64,000 nt of DNA from Verrucomicrobiota bacterium (GCA_041167505.1 JBEEHR010000023.1:21214-85213), one strand, 5' to 3'; positions 17,179 through 26,603 are shown, numbered from the stretch's first letter. Made by a program: numbers and translations. Notes: generated by a model not told the origin, from the sequence alone.

Positions 17179-18582
17179 ATGAAACGCCTTCCACTCCTCG
17201 CTCTCGTCGCCGCTTCCACCGCCTTCGCCACCCCATCGGGCACCACCGTTATCCTCAACGGCACCGCCATCGATCCCGGCACCGGAAAGATCATGCCGAA
17301 TGCCGCCATCACGATCGAGGGCGGCCACATCACGGCGATCAAGGAAAACAGCACTGACACCCCCAAGAAAGGCGACGTAGTCATCGACGCGCGCGGCAAA
17401 TTCATCCTGCCGGGTTACATCGACACCCACGTCCATTTCTTCCAGTCCGGCGGTCTCTTCACGCGGCCCGATGCCGTCGACCTGACCAGCGTCCGTCCCT
17501 ACAAGGACGAGATTGCGATGATCAAGCACAACTTGCCGGACACCTTCGCGCGTTACCTGCGCAGCGGGATCACTTCGGTGCTCGATATCGGCGGGCCGCT
17601 CTGGAATTTCGAAATGCGCAAGATCGCGACTTCCACCGCGAAAGCGCCGCGGGTGGCGGCCGCCGGTCCGCTCATCTCGAGTGTATCGCGTCCCCAACTC
17701 GATCTGGGCGATCCCCCGATCGTGAAGATCGATACGCCAGAGCAAGGAACCCAGATGGTCCAGAAGCTCGCGCCGCAAAAGCCGGACTACATCAAGATTT
17801 GGTACATTGTGAATGCCGAGAACCCCGTGGAGAAATTCCGGCCGGTTGTTCGTGCCGTGATTGCGGAAGCGCACCGGCTGAAGTTGCGCGTCGCCGTTCA
17901 CGCCACCGAGCTGGAAGCCGCGCGCGCTTCCGTGGAGGAAGGCGCCGATCTTCTGGTCCACAGCGTCACCGACAAACCAGTCGATGACGCTTTCGTGAAA
18001 CTCCTCAAGGAAAAGGGAACCATCCTTACGCCCACGCTCGTCGTCTTCGAGCGCTACAGCCGCACGTTCGCGAACAAGCTCGAACTGACTCCGGAAGAAA
18101 AGGCGTGGGGCAATCCCGAGGTGATCGCGACTCTCGACGTGACGAAACTGCCGCCGGACAAAGTCCCCGATCGCATCAAGACCGCGATGGCGAATCCGCA
18201 ACCGGCCCTCGATCGCATCCAGCAGACCTACGACATCGCGCTGAAGAATTTGAGAACGCTCGAGGACGCCGGCATCACCATCGCCACCGGGACCGATGCC
18301 GGGAACATCGGTACGATCCACGGCCCCGCGATCTTTCGCGAGTTCCAGCTCATGAGACAGGCCGGCCTTACCCCGCTGCAAATCCTCCAGTGCACCACCG
18401 CGAACGCCGCCAAAACTTTCGGCGGCGACACCGGCGCGAAAATCGGCTCGCTCAAGCCCGGCAACTTCGCCGACCTCGTCATCCTGAAATCGAACCCGCT
18501 CGACGACATCAAGAACGCTTCCGATATCGACAGTGTGATGAAGAACGGCCTGGTTTATCCGGCAGATTCGATTTTGAAATAG
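17179..18582 (+). CDS. amidohydrolase family protein (secreted)
   Basis: Signal peptide MKRLPLLALVAASTAFA, metal-binding GYIDTHVHF, and later GTDAGN. I chose the ATG at 17179 over the ORF maximum at 17098. Confidence 0.8.
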   Translation: MKRLPLLALVAASTAFATPSGTTVILNGTAIDPGTGKIMPNAAITIEGGHITAIKENSTDTPKKGDVVIDARGKFILPGYIDTHVHFFQSGGLFTRPDAVDLTSVRPYKDEIAMIKHNLPDTFARYLRSGITSVLDIGGPLWNFEMRKIATSTAKAPRVAAAGPLISSVSRPQLDLGDPPIVKIDTPEQGTQMVQKLAPQKPDYIKIWYIVNAENPVEKFRPVVRAVIAEAHRLKLRVAVHATELEAARASVEEGADLLVHSVTDKPVDDAFVKLLKEKGTILTPTLVVFERYSRTFANKLELTPEEKAWGNPEVIATLDVTKLPPDKVPDRIKTAMANPQPALDRIQQTYDIALKNLRTLEDAGITIATGTDAGNIGTIHGPAIFREFQLMRQAGLTPLQILQCTTANAAKTFGGDTGAKIGSLKPGNFADLVILKSNPLDDIKNASDIDSVMKNGLVYPADSILK

Positions 18583-18583
18583 G

Positions 18584-18889
18584 ATGAAGCGAGCCGCGAT
18601 CATCGTCGCTGCTGCACTTCTGGCGTTCTCGGTTCGCGCCGGGGACAAGAAAGTCGACGTTTCGAAAATCCGCGGGCGCATCCAGTACGTGAACAGTTTC
18701 CCCGACTACAAGGTGCAGGCCGTGACCAGCTTCGCCGATTTGCACGTCCAGATCGTGACCAGCTTTCCTGATAGACCCGGCCAATGGCAGATCGTCGATT
18801 CCTTCCCAGACTACAAAATCGAGATGGTGAAATCCTTCCCAGATTTCACGATCCAGTTCGTGACAAGCTTTCCCGGCCCGGCAAAATAG
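18584..18889 (+). CDS. small secreted tandem-repeat protein (six ~11-aa SFPD-type repeats)
   Basis: Signal peptide followed by IQYVNSFPDYK / VQAVTSFADLH / VQIVTSFPDRPGQW / QIVDSFPDYK / IEMVKSFPDFT / IQFVTSFPGPAK. The start is 1 nt after the amidohydrolase stop. Confidence 0.55.
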   Translation: MKRAAIIVAAALLAFSVRAGDKKVDVSKIRGRIQYVNSFPDYKVQAVTSFADLHVQIVTSFPDRPGQWQIVDSFPDYKIEMVKSFPDFTIQFVTSFPGPAK

Positions 18890-18893
18890 GTCC

Positions 18894-19913
18894 ATGAGTC
18901 CGATCCGACCTATTTCTGTTTTCGCCGCGCTCCTATTCCTAAACACCGTTGCCCCGGCCCAACCGCCCGTCACCATGAAAGCGATCGTGGCCCATGAGTA
19001 TGGCGCGCCCGAGGTGTTGAAGTACGAAGATACGCCGCGGCCGAAGCCGAAAGAAAACGAACTGCTGGTGCGCGTGATCGCGTGTGGGGTGAATCCGGCG
19101 GATCCGCTCGTGATCTCCGGGCGGTTCGCGAAGGAATTCGGGACGCACTTGCCGCTTATTCCTGGTTATGACGTGGCCGGTCTCGTGGAGGAGACCGGCG
19201 CGAAAGTCACGAAGTTCAAGAAAGGTGATGCGGTTTACGGGTATGCGCTGTTTGGCGGCGGCTGGGCCGAGTATGCCGTCCTCGCGGAGAAAGAAGCCGC
19301 GCTCATACCGAAGTCAGCCACGTTCGTTGAAGCGGCCGCGGTGCCGATGGGAGCATTAACCGCGTGGCAATCGTTGATCGATGCGGCGAAATTGAGCGCT
19401 GGGCAGACCGTCCTGATTCACGGCGGCTCCGGCGGGGTGGGAAGTTTTGCGATCCAGATCGCAAAAGCGAAGGGCGCGAAAGTGATTGCGACGGCATCGA
19501 CCGCGAATCAGGACTTGCTCAAGCAACTCGGAGCCGACGTGGCGATCGATTATACCAAGACAAAGTTCGAGGAAGTGGCGAAAGACGTGGACGTGGTCTT
19601 TGACGCGGTCGGCCGGGATACCCTCACGCGGACCTACCCGATCGTGAAGAAGGGCGGCATCATTACGACGATAGTCGACCGGCCGGATCCAGCGCAGCTC
19701 GACAAGTACGGCATCCGCGGCACCTCAATCGCCAGCCACCCCGACGGGAACGAACTTGGCGAGATCACGAAGCTGATCGAAGCCGGCAAGATCAAGCCGA
19801 TCGTCAGCGAGGTAATGCCGTTAACCGACGCGGTGAAAGCGTCGCGCCAGGCCGAGACGCATCACACTCGCGGCAAGCTGGTGCTCAAGATCGCCGAGGA
19901 GCCGAAGCGCTGA
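18894..19913 (+). CDS. zinc-type alcohol dehydrogenase/quinone oxidoreductase (MDR) family protein
   Basis: MKAIVAHEYGAPEVLKYED...GGSGGVGSFAIQIAK is MDR/Qor-like. The homology-consistent start would be the ATG at 18975. The ORF extends to 18894 with a hydrophobic 27-aa extension. Confidence 0.8.
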   Translation: MSPIRPISVFAALLFLNTVAPAQPPVTMKAIVAHEYGAPEVLKYEDTPRPKPKENELLVRVIACGVNPADPLVISGRFAKEFGTHLPLIPGYDVAGLVEETGAKVTKFKKGDAVYGYALFGGGWAEYAVLAEKEAALIPKSATFVEAAAVPMGALTAWQSLIDAAKLSAGQTVLIHGGSGGVGSFAIQIAKAKGAKVIATASTANQDLLKQLGADVAIDYTKTKFEEVAKDVDVVFDAVGRDTLTRTYPIVKKGGIITTIVDRPDPAQLDKYGIRGTSIASHPDGNELGEITKLIEAGKIKPIVSEVMPLTDAVKASRQAETHHTRGKLVLKIAEEPKR

Positions 19914-19930
19914 GGCAGCGCTGCTGCGGT

Positions 19931-20042
19931 CCTCGTTCCCAAACTCTGTTTGGGGAACGCGATTGTCCGGCAACACTGTTGCCCCGCAGCGAAACAGAGT
20001 TTCGAAGACATTGTCATTCCCAGACAGAGTTTGGGAACGAGG
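19931..20042. repeat. composite palindromic element (CCTCGTTCCCAAACTCTGT ... ACAGAGTTTGGGAACGAGG)
   Basis: 19-nt perfect outer inverted repeat plus inner hairpins (GGCAAC/GTTGCC, CGAAAC/GTTTCG). It lies between convergent stops. Confidence 0.65.
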
Positions 20043-20108
20043 GAGACGACGAGGTTGGGAACGCGAGAACACTGCTCGCGAGATTAGCTGGGGTAGTGAG
20101 CCTCGAAC

Positions 20109-20600
20109 TTACTTCTTCGTGCCGCGCGGATCGTCGGCGGGATTGACGTATTTGATCTCGAAGGGGCCGGTCGACTCGACTTGCAACACGCATCCGGTTT
20201 TGCTGCCGGCGAAATGTTGCATGCCGACAGGCATGACGACAAAGCCGCCCGCGGTAAGGTCATGCGCCGTCGCGTCGTCGAACTTTGGGCCAGCCCCGAA
20301 CTGAGCCGTCCCGGAAATGACCGTGATCCGTTCCTCGGTCGGATGAGTGTGGGCCGGCACTTTGTATCCGGCAGGCAGCTGGAGGCGGATGGTGAATGGT
20401 CCGGCCTTTCCCGGATCGCCTGACAACACCGCGGCCTTCGCGCCCGCCGGCAAGAACGGCGGAGCATCCCCCCACTTCAGGTCGGCGGCCGAATACATGA
20501 CGTGGTCTGACTTGGCCGCCGGTTTTTCGTCGACGGCGAGAGCGAGTGAGCAGATGGCCGCAGCCGCGACCAGGAAAGCAACGGAGATGATCTTTTTCAT
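20109..20600 (-). CDS. cupin domain protein (secreted)
   Basis: Signal peptide MKKIISVAFLVAAAAICSLALA and cupin motif GYKVPAHTHPTEERITVISG. Confidence 0.7.
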   Translation of the reverse strand: MKKIISVAFLVAAAAICSLALAVDEKPAAKSDHVMYSAADLKWGDAPPFLPAGAKAAVLSGDPGKAGPFTIRLQLPAGYKVPAHTHPTEERITVISGTAQFGAGPKFDDATAHDLTAGGFVVMPVGMQHFAGSKTGCVLQVESTGPFEIKYVNPADDPRGTKK

Positions 20601-20801
20601 AGTCCGATCAGGATGACGAACGGGACAAGAAAACGTCAAGCTGCATGTTGGCGGCGGCGCAAAAGCCTAACGAGTCGTTGGAGTCACAGGCCCGCTCGCG
20701 GAAACAATCTTGAATTTCCAGTCCGCCAGGTGCGTCCCGGCGGTTTTGAGATTCGAAGGACCTCTCGATATTTTCTGCGCGGAATGACCGGGAAAGAGTT
20801 A

Positions 20802-20829
20802 GAGATCCTTCGACTTCGCTCAGGATGAC
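20802..20829. repeat. single arm of the GTCATCC(T/C)GAG(C/G)GAAG repeat class
   Basis: The reverse complement reads GTCATCCTGAGCGAAGTCGAAGGATCTC. This is related to the arms at 6403 and 14006, and no partner arm is present. Confidence 0.45.
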
Positions 20830-20865
20830 AACAAACAGCGGAGTGCGCTACAGTGTTCGCGGCCC

Positions 20866-21960
20866 ATGAAGAATCTCGCCGCCGCACTTCTGTTCTTGTT
20901 TCCGCTTGCAGTCATGGCGGAAGAAGCGGCACCGACGTTCGATGAGAAAGCGGCGGAACGTTTTGCGAATCTCGCCCTCGCCTGTGTCGGCAAGGAATAT
21001 CCGAATAAGATCAGCCATCTCCTCAACAGTGATGCCGACGTGGCGCCGCCGCGAAAACTGACGCCGGCCTTCTGCGGCTGTTACGATTGGCATTCCTCCG
21101 TGCACGGTCACTGGCTGCTCGTGCGGCTGGTGAAAACATTTCCGGACGCGCCGTTCGCGAAGCCGGCGCGGGAAGCGTTGCGCAAGAGTCTGTCGAAAGA
21201 GAATTTGAAACAGGAGGCCGTCTACTTGCGCGGGGAAGGTCGCGCCAGTTTCGAGCGGCCCTACGGAATGGCGTGGCTGCTTCAGCTGGTCAGCGAACTG
21301 GCACAGTGGGACGATCCCCAAGGGCGCGAAATGTTGACTAACCTCGCGCCGCTCGAGGATGCGGTCCGCGATCGGTTGAAGATATGGCTGCCGAAACTTT
21401 CTCACCCGGTCCGCATCGGCGAGCACAACCAGACCGCGTTCGCGCTCGGTCTTTTGATCGATTACGCGCGGGCGACGAAAAACGAGGACGTCGGCAAGAT
21501 CGCCGCGAACAAGACCGAAGAATTTTTCCGAAAGGACAAGGATTGCGCGCTGACCTACGAGCCATCCGGAGAAGATTTCCTTTCTCCGTGCCTCGGCGAA
21601 GCCGACGCGATGAGGCGGGTGACGACTCCGGACGAATTCGCGCAATGGCTCACAGAGTTCCTGCCGCGCATTCCAAAAACCGCGTCTACGGATTGGCTGC
21701 CGGTCGCGGTCTCACCCGACCCGAGTGACCCAAAGCTGGCACATCTGGACGGATTAAACCTGAGCCGGGCCTGGATGCTGGAAGGGATCCTGTCGAACCT
21801 GCCGGAGAATGATCCGCGGCGACCGGCCTTGATGGCGACCGCCGAAGCCCATCGCCGGGCCGGGCTCGCCGCGGTTACGGGAGCGCATTACGAAGGCGGT
21901 CACTGGCTGGGCAGCTTCGCCGTTTATCTCGTCACCAAGCGCAGCCTCATCGGGAAATAG
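20866..21960 (+). CDS. DUF2891-like secreted protein
   Basis: Signal peptide. ACVGKEYPNKISHLL...CGCYDWHSSVHGHWLLVRL matches my recollection of DUF2891. Not verified. Confidence 0.6.
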   Translation: MKNLAAALLFLFPLAVMAEEAAPTFDEKAAERFANLALACVGKEYPNKISHLLNSDADVAPPRKLTPAFCGCYDWHSSVHGHWLLVRLVKTFPDAPFAKPAREALRKSLSKENLKQEAVYLRGEGRASFERPYGMAWLLQLVSELAQWDDPQGREMLTNLAPLEDAVRDRLKIWLPKLSHPVRIGEHNQTAFALGLLIDYARATKNEDVGKIAANKTEEFFRKDKDCALTYEPSGEDFLSPCLGEADAMRRVTTPDEFAQWLTEFLPRIPKTASTDWLPVAVSPDPSDPKLAHLDGLNLSRAWMLEGILSNLPENDPRRPALMATAEAHRRAGLAAVTGAHYEGGHWLGSFAVYLVTKRSLIGK

Positions 21961-21971
21961 GTTTCGTCCGC

Positions 21972-22859
21972 ATGCGCCGCCGATTTCGATTCGCGACAAC
22001 CTTCAGTATTGTCATTCTGCTGCTGGCGGGACGGTTGATGTTTGCCGCCGAGGAAAAGGAACTCACTGCTCTCGAGATTTTCGACCGCACCCTCGCCGCG
22101 TTCGATAGTCAGCGAACAGCCCTGCGAGAGTGGCAATACTACCAAACCCTCATCACTCATCAGTTCGATGGTTCCGGCAACGTGACGGCGCGCGGCGTCT
22201 GGCAATCGATTGTGCGCCCCGGGGATTCGCGGCCGCTCGAATACTTCGCCGAACGCATGGAAGGCAAACTCTCCTTCTTTAAATCGGAAAGCTCTCCCAC
22301 TCCCGTTCCTTCGTCCTCCGCGTCCGCCACCCCTGCGCCCAAGGCGAAAACGCATGACGAGGTGGAAGAAAAAAACCAGGCGGAATCTGCGGTGGAAGCC
22401 GTCCGCAAGTACAACCTGCGGGAGCGCTACAACTGGAAACGCCTGCCGGACGAAAACGTCGGTGGCGAGGGCGCCTGCGTTATCTCGTTCGAGCCCAAGC
22501 CGCGGCAGAACACGCGCTCGCGCGAGGAACGTTTTTTCGGCCTGTTGGCTGGCAAGATTTGGGTGAGCCGCAGTGATTTCATTGTCCTGAAGATGGACGT
22601 CGCGCTGCAATCGCCCTGCCAGCTTTTCTGGATCCTGGCGCGGGTCACGACCTTCCAATTCACCTACGTTCTCGAGCCGTCGCGCGGCCCGCGCCTTTTT
22701 CGGTTGAGCAGGGGAACGGCGAAGACCGTCGTCAGCTTTCCATTTTACGCCGTGCGGCAGAAGCACTGGCTGACCATCGACAAATATGAACCGCGCACCG
22801 CTCGCGGAACCGCCCCGAAGAATTCGCGCCCCAGTTTGTCTCCGCGAGGAGAAGAATGA
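21972..22859 (+). CDS. hypothetical secreted protein (LolA-like/outer-membrane lipoprotein-sorting fold?)
   Basis: Signal peptide and a low-complexity Ser/Pro/Ala linker. The stop overlaps the next gene's start (ATGA). The fold assignment is a guess. Confidence 0.45.
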   Translation: MRRRFRFATTFSIVILLLAGRLMFAAEEKELTALEIFDRTLAAFDSQRTALREWQYYQTLITHQFDGSGNVTARGVWQSIVRPGDSRPLEYFAERMEGKLSFFKSESSPTPVPSSSASATPAPKAKTHDEVEEKNQAESAVEAVRKYNLRERYNWKRLPDENVGGEGACVISFEPKPRQNTRSREERFFGLLAGKIWVSRSDFIVLKMDVALQSPCQLFWILARVTTFQFTYVLEPSRGPRLFRLSRGTAKTVVSFPFYAVRQKHWLTIDKYEPRTARGTAPKNSRPSLSPRGEE

Positions 22860-23770
22860 TTCACATTCTCGATACCCAACATCTCGGCCGGCCTGGGATC
22901 ATCGCGGCGACTCTGCTGAAGAGTGATGAAGGCCCGGTCCTTTTCGATACCGGGCCGGAGTCAACCTTCAGGAATATCGAGGACGAACTCGGCAAACTTG
23001 GATTCGCTCCCGGCGATATCCGGCACGTTTTCCTCAGCCACATCCATTTCGATCATGCCGGCGCGGCCTGGCGTTTCGCCGAACTCGGCGCGACCATCTA
23101 CGTCCATTCGCGCGGCGCGCCGCACCTAATTGACCCTGCGAAACTGGTCGCGTCCGCCACTCGTCTTTATGGCGACGACATGGACAGGCTGTGGGGGAAA
23201 TTTTCGGGGATCGCGCCGGAACGCGTTCGCATCCTGGAGGACAACGATGTGGTCGGTGTCGCTCCTTTCGAGATTCGCGCCATCGCAACGCCAGGGCACG
23301 CGAGCCATCATCACGTCTATCATTGGGACGATATTGTTTTCGGTGGCGACGTCGCGGGCGTTCGGTTGGGTAGCGGGCCGCCAGCCCCGCCTTTCGTTCC
23401 CCCCGAGCTCGACATCGAAGCGTGGTGCGAATCAATCGCCAAAATTCGTGCGCTGAATCCGGCGAAACTCTACCTTCCGCATTTTGGATTGGTCCCCGGC
23501 GACATCTCCGTGCACCTCGATTTACTCGAAGCGCGCATCGTTCGCTGGTCGCTTTGGTTCCGCGATCGCCTCCGCGCCGGAGACAGCGAACAGAAGATGA
23601 CGTCGGCGTTTGCCGATTACGTGCTTACGGAACTGCGTCAGGCCGGCGCCACTGAGTCCGAGCTGGCCGCCTATGAACAGGCCGACCCGAGTTTCATGGC
23701 TGTCAGCGCCGCGCTTCGCTACTGGCGGAAGCGACATCCCGAGGAAGTTGGATTGCCAGGCGCTGCCTAA
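22856..23770 (+). CDS. MBL-fold metallo-hydrolase
   Basis: HIHFDHAG (HxHxDH) and downstream His/Asp ligands. Confidence 0.82.
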   Translation: MIHILDTQHLGRPGIIAATLLKSDEGPVLFDTGPESTFRNIEDELGKLGFAPGDIRHVFLSHIHFDHAGAAWRFAELGATIYVHSRGAPHLIDPAKLVASATRLYGDDMDRLWGKFSGIAPERVRILEDNDVVGVAPFEIRAIATPGHASHHHVYHWDDIVFGGDVAGVRLGSGPPAPPFVPPELDIEAWCESIAKIRALNPAKLYLPHFGLVPGDISVHLDLLEARIVRWSLWFRDRLRAGDSEQKMTSAFADYVLTELRQAGATESELAAYEQADPSFMAVSAALRYWRKRHPEEVGLPGAA

Positions 23771-23783
23771 CTGATCGCCAGCC

Positions 23784-24002
23784 CTAGCGCGGCGAAGAAT
23801 CCGCGGACGATGACGGGGATGGCGAGGCTTTGGTGCTCGGGTCTCCCAAACCTGGAGTCGGGCTAGCGTTCTTAGTCGCAGCGGCCACTTCCGGGCGGAG
23901 TTTGCCGTCGTCGGTTCCCGAATCGGATTGCGCCCGTTTTCGGCACGAGACGCTGATCAAAGCTATCGTCAGCAGACAGAGCAGGAGGCGGTATGTTTTC
24001 AC
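23784..24002 (-). CDS. small lipoprotein, low-complexity
   Basis: Lipobox LISVSC after a hydrophobic leader. The remainder is Ser/Pro/Asp-rich. Confidence 0.4.
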   Translation of the reverse strand: MKTYRLLLCLLTIALISVSCRKRAQSDSGTDDGKLRPEVAAATKNASPTPGLGDPSTKASPSPSSSADSSPR

Positions 24003-24143
24003 AGGAGAGCGAATAGCTCGTTCAAGAAACTCCCGCTTCGGGAACCGTCAACCAGCAGTGACAGGCTTGATGCGAATTGCCAAAGCCGGGAGGTTCCGAT
24101 ACCTCCTTGGCTTCGGGAGCGGACGACCTGGCCCGCCGCATCA

Positions 24144-24257
24144 ATGAACCCAAAGAACTTCTTCGCCGAGCTGAAGCGGCGCAACGTTTACAAGGTGGCA
24201 GTCGCTTACGGCGTCATCTCCTGGCTGCTGAACCGTTACCTCACACTCTATTCATGA
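24144..24257 (+). CDS. 37-aa mini-ORF or remnant carrying an FFAELKRRNVYKVAVAY membrane-anchor motif
   Basis: MNPKNFFAELKRRNVYKVAVAYGVISWLLNRYLTLYS. Its TGA overlaps the ATG of the serine hydrolase (ATGA). The motif normally opens much larger proteins. Confidence 0.3.
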   Translation: MNPKNFFAELKRRNVYKVAVAYGVISWLLNRYLTLYS

Positions 24258-26038
24258 AAACAAAAACGCTCGTCTGCCTTGTTCTCTTTCTCGTTATTCG
24301 GCTGAACGCGAAAGAGCCACCTCCGGCCGAAGCCCTCAAGGGCATTGATTCGGTCATCGAACAGGAGTTAAAAACATTTCAGGTTCCCGGCGTCGCCGTG
24401 GCTGTAGTGGTGGGTGATGAGGTAGTGCTATCGAAGGGATATGGTCTGCGCGACGTCGAAAAGAAATTGCCGATGGCCGCGGAAACCCAAATGCCGATCG
24501 CCTCGGTGACCAAGCAATTCACGGTGGCGGCGCTCGCCACCCTGGTGCGGCAGGGGAAACTCGATTGGGACAAACCGGTCCGGGAATACCTCCCGGATTT
24601 CCGGGTGAACAATGAATACGCCACTTCGCACCTCACTCCGCGCGACCTGGTGACGCATCGCAGCGGACTGCCGCGGCACGATGCGATCTGGTACGGGACC
24701 GACCTGAGCCGCGAACAGATTTATCATCGTCTTCCCTTCTTCGAGTTCAGCCGCGATCTCCGGGTGCGCTTTCAATACAACAACCTGATGTTCATGACTG
24801 CCGGTTATTTGGGCGGCCAGATCGCGAAAAGCACCTGGGAAGATCTGGTCAAGAACGCGCTCTTCACGCCGCTCGGGATGAAGCGCTCGAATTTTACCGT
24901 GGCCGCGATGCACGCCGACTCGAACTACTCCCAGGCCTACGAGTTGAACACCAAGCGCGAGGTCGTCCGCATCGAACACACCGGCCTCGACGCAGCCGGG
25001 CCGGCCGGAGCGATTAATTCCTCCGTGGATGAGATGGCGCGTTACGCGCGGATGATGCTGGCGGGCGGGATGTTCGAGGGCAAACGCGTTCTCCTCGAAG
25101 CCGACGTCCAGGCGATGACCGAACCGTGGATGCCCATCGGCAAAGATCTCTTTTCGGATCTGTTCGGCTTCCGGAACTACGGGATGGGCCTGTTCGTGCA
25201 GACCTATCGCGGCATCGAGATCGCGCATCACGGCGGCAACATCGATGGCGTCAGCGCGCTGATTGTGTTCGTGCCGTCCAAGAAAATCGGCGTGGTCGTT
25301 TTGGCGAACCGATCCGGCACCCGGCTGCGCGATGCTCTTCCGTTCGAGATCATCGATCGTCTTCTGGGCCTGGAAAGCTCCGGCCTTCTGGCGCGCGAGC
25401 GCCAGCTCGAAGAAAAAGGGTTCGCGGGTGAAGACGCCGCCAAAGCCGCGGGAACGACCGATCGCAAGCCGAACACCAAGCCGGCGCGTCCCCTAAGTGA
25501 GTATGCGGCGGAATATTCGCATCCCGGTTACGGCCCAATGAAAGTGCGGCTGGAAAAGGATCGCCTCATGCTGAGCTACAACAAATTCACCACGCCGCTC
25601 GATCACTGGCACTACGAAGTTTTCCAAGCCCCCGCGGACCGGCAGAACCCGCTGGAGCTGACGCGGGTTCAATTCAACAGCGACTTCAGCGGTGAGGTCG
25701 CGAGCATTTCGGTCCCGCTTGAGCCAAACGTCGAGCCGATCGTGTTTATCCGCCAGCCGCCGGCCGAGATGCGCGACCCGAAATTCCTCGAGCCGCTCTC
25801 CGGCGAGTACGATAACGGCGGGGTGCCCGTGACGATCGCGGTGCGGGAAGACAACGTGCTCCAATACATCGTGCTCGGAAACGCCCGGGAGTTGGTCCCG
25901 GTCCGGGGAACTTATTTCCGACTCAAGGATCTCACCGGGGTCGCCGTCGAATTCATGAAAGACTCGGCCGGGAAATACGACCGGATGGCCATCTACAGCG
26001 CGGGCTCGGAAAACTTGATCGCTCCGCGAAAGAAGTAG
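24254..26038 (+). CDS. serine hydrolase (class C beta-lactamase/PBP family) with C-terminal extra domain
   Basis: Signal peptide MKTKTLVCLVLFLVI and the SxxK motif ASVTKQF. A ~150-aa C-terminal beta-rich domain looks DUF3471-like. Confidence 0.85.
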   Translation: MKTKTLVCLVLFLVIRLNAKEPPPAEALKGIDSVIEQELKTFQVPGVAVAVVVGDEVVLSKGYGLRDVEKKLPMAAETQMPIASVTKQFTVAALATLVRQGKLDWDKPVREYLPDFRVNNEYATSHLTPRDLVTHRSGLPRHDAIWYGTDLSREQIYHRLPFFEFSRDLRVRFQYNNLMFMTAGYLGGQIAKSTWEDLVKNALFTPLGMKRSNFTVAAMHADSNYSQAYELNTKREVVRIEHTGLDAAGPAGAINSSVDEMARYARMMLAGGMFEGKRVLLEADVQAMTEPWMPIGKDLFSDLFGFRNYGMGLFVQTYRGIEIAHHGGNIDGVSALIVFVPSKKIGVVVLANRSGTRLRDALPFEIIDRLLGLESSGLLARERQLEEKGFAGEDAAKAAGTTDRKPNTKPARPLSEYAAEYSHPGYGPMKVRLEKDRLMLSYNKFTTPLDHWHYEVFQAPADRQNPLELTRVQFNSDFSGEVASISVPLEPNVEPIVFIRQPPAEMRDPKFLEPLSGEYDNGGVPVTIAVREDNVLQYIVLGNARELVPVRGTYFRLKDLTGVAVEFMKDSAGKYDRMAIYSAGSENLIAPRKK

Positions 26039-26047
26039 CCCGGTTCG

Positions 26048-26470
26048 CTACTCGCCTTTCACCCGGGTGATCCAGCCGTCGCGGAGTGCTTTCCAGTTTC
26101 CATCGACGGCCTGCCAGCGGACGTTCTGTTCAAACTCCAACAAGAGCTTGGCGGCCTCGTCCCGGGTGGTTGCGCCTTTGCAATCGCTTATCCATCCGCT
26201 TCTCCGGTTTTTCCAGGCTGCGTCCACTGCTTTCCATTGCACGTGGGATTCCAGCTCCAACAATTGCGCCATGAAACAGGCGGCACTGTCGCAGGTCGCG
26301 GTCGTTGTCACCCAAGTCGCTCTTAGATTTTTCCACGCATTGTCCACCGCGCTCCACTTGATATGAGATTCAAGGTCCACCAGTTGTTTGTTCAACGAGG
26401 CTGCCCTTGCTGTGGTTGCCACGGCCATGGCGAGCCCCAGCAGCATCAATGAAATTCTCAGCATTCTCAT
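26048..26470 (-). CDS. secreted protein with three ~38-40-aa Trp-rich repeats
   Basis: The pattern L..LE.H..W.AVD..WK..R..W occurs three times. The start is at MRMLRISLMLLGLAMA (26470). The longer ORF runs into the repeat element. Confidence 0.55.
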   Translation of the reverse strand: MRMLRISLMLLGLAMAVATTARAASLNKQLVDLESHIKWSAVDNAWKNLRATWVTTTATCDSAACFMAQLLELESHVQWKAVDAAWKNRRSGWISDCKGATTRDEAAKLLLEFEQNVRWQAVDGNWKALRDGWITRVKGE

Positions 26471-26514
26471 TCGAGATGGCCTAACAAAATCCAAAGTATG
26501 GCATAAACACCAAA

Positions 26515-26590
26515 GCGCTGTAGCCGCGCCGCTCTGTCGGCGCGTCCCGCTGACGTTGCGCACGGCGACAGAGCGCCGCGACTACAGCGC
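26515..26590. repeat. palindromic element, CTGTAGCCGC family
   Basis: The 25-nt arms GCGCTGTAGCCGCGCCGCTCTGTCG / CGACAGAGCGCCGCGACTACAGCGC pair 23/25. Confidence 0.7.
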
Positions 26591-26603
26591 TGGATGCGAC
26601 CCG

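Noticed and set aside
18894-18974. Signal-peptide-like 27-aa N-terminal extension on the MDR oxidoreductase, suggesting a possible periplasmic quinone oxidoreductase
   Set aside because: MDR/Qor enzymes are cytoplasmic NAD(P)H enzymes, and a canonical start (MKAIVAHEYG) exists at 18975. The extension is more likely an ORF-calling artefact. I kept it only as an alternative start.
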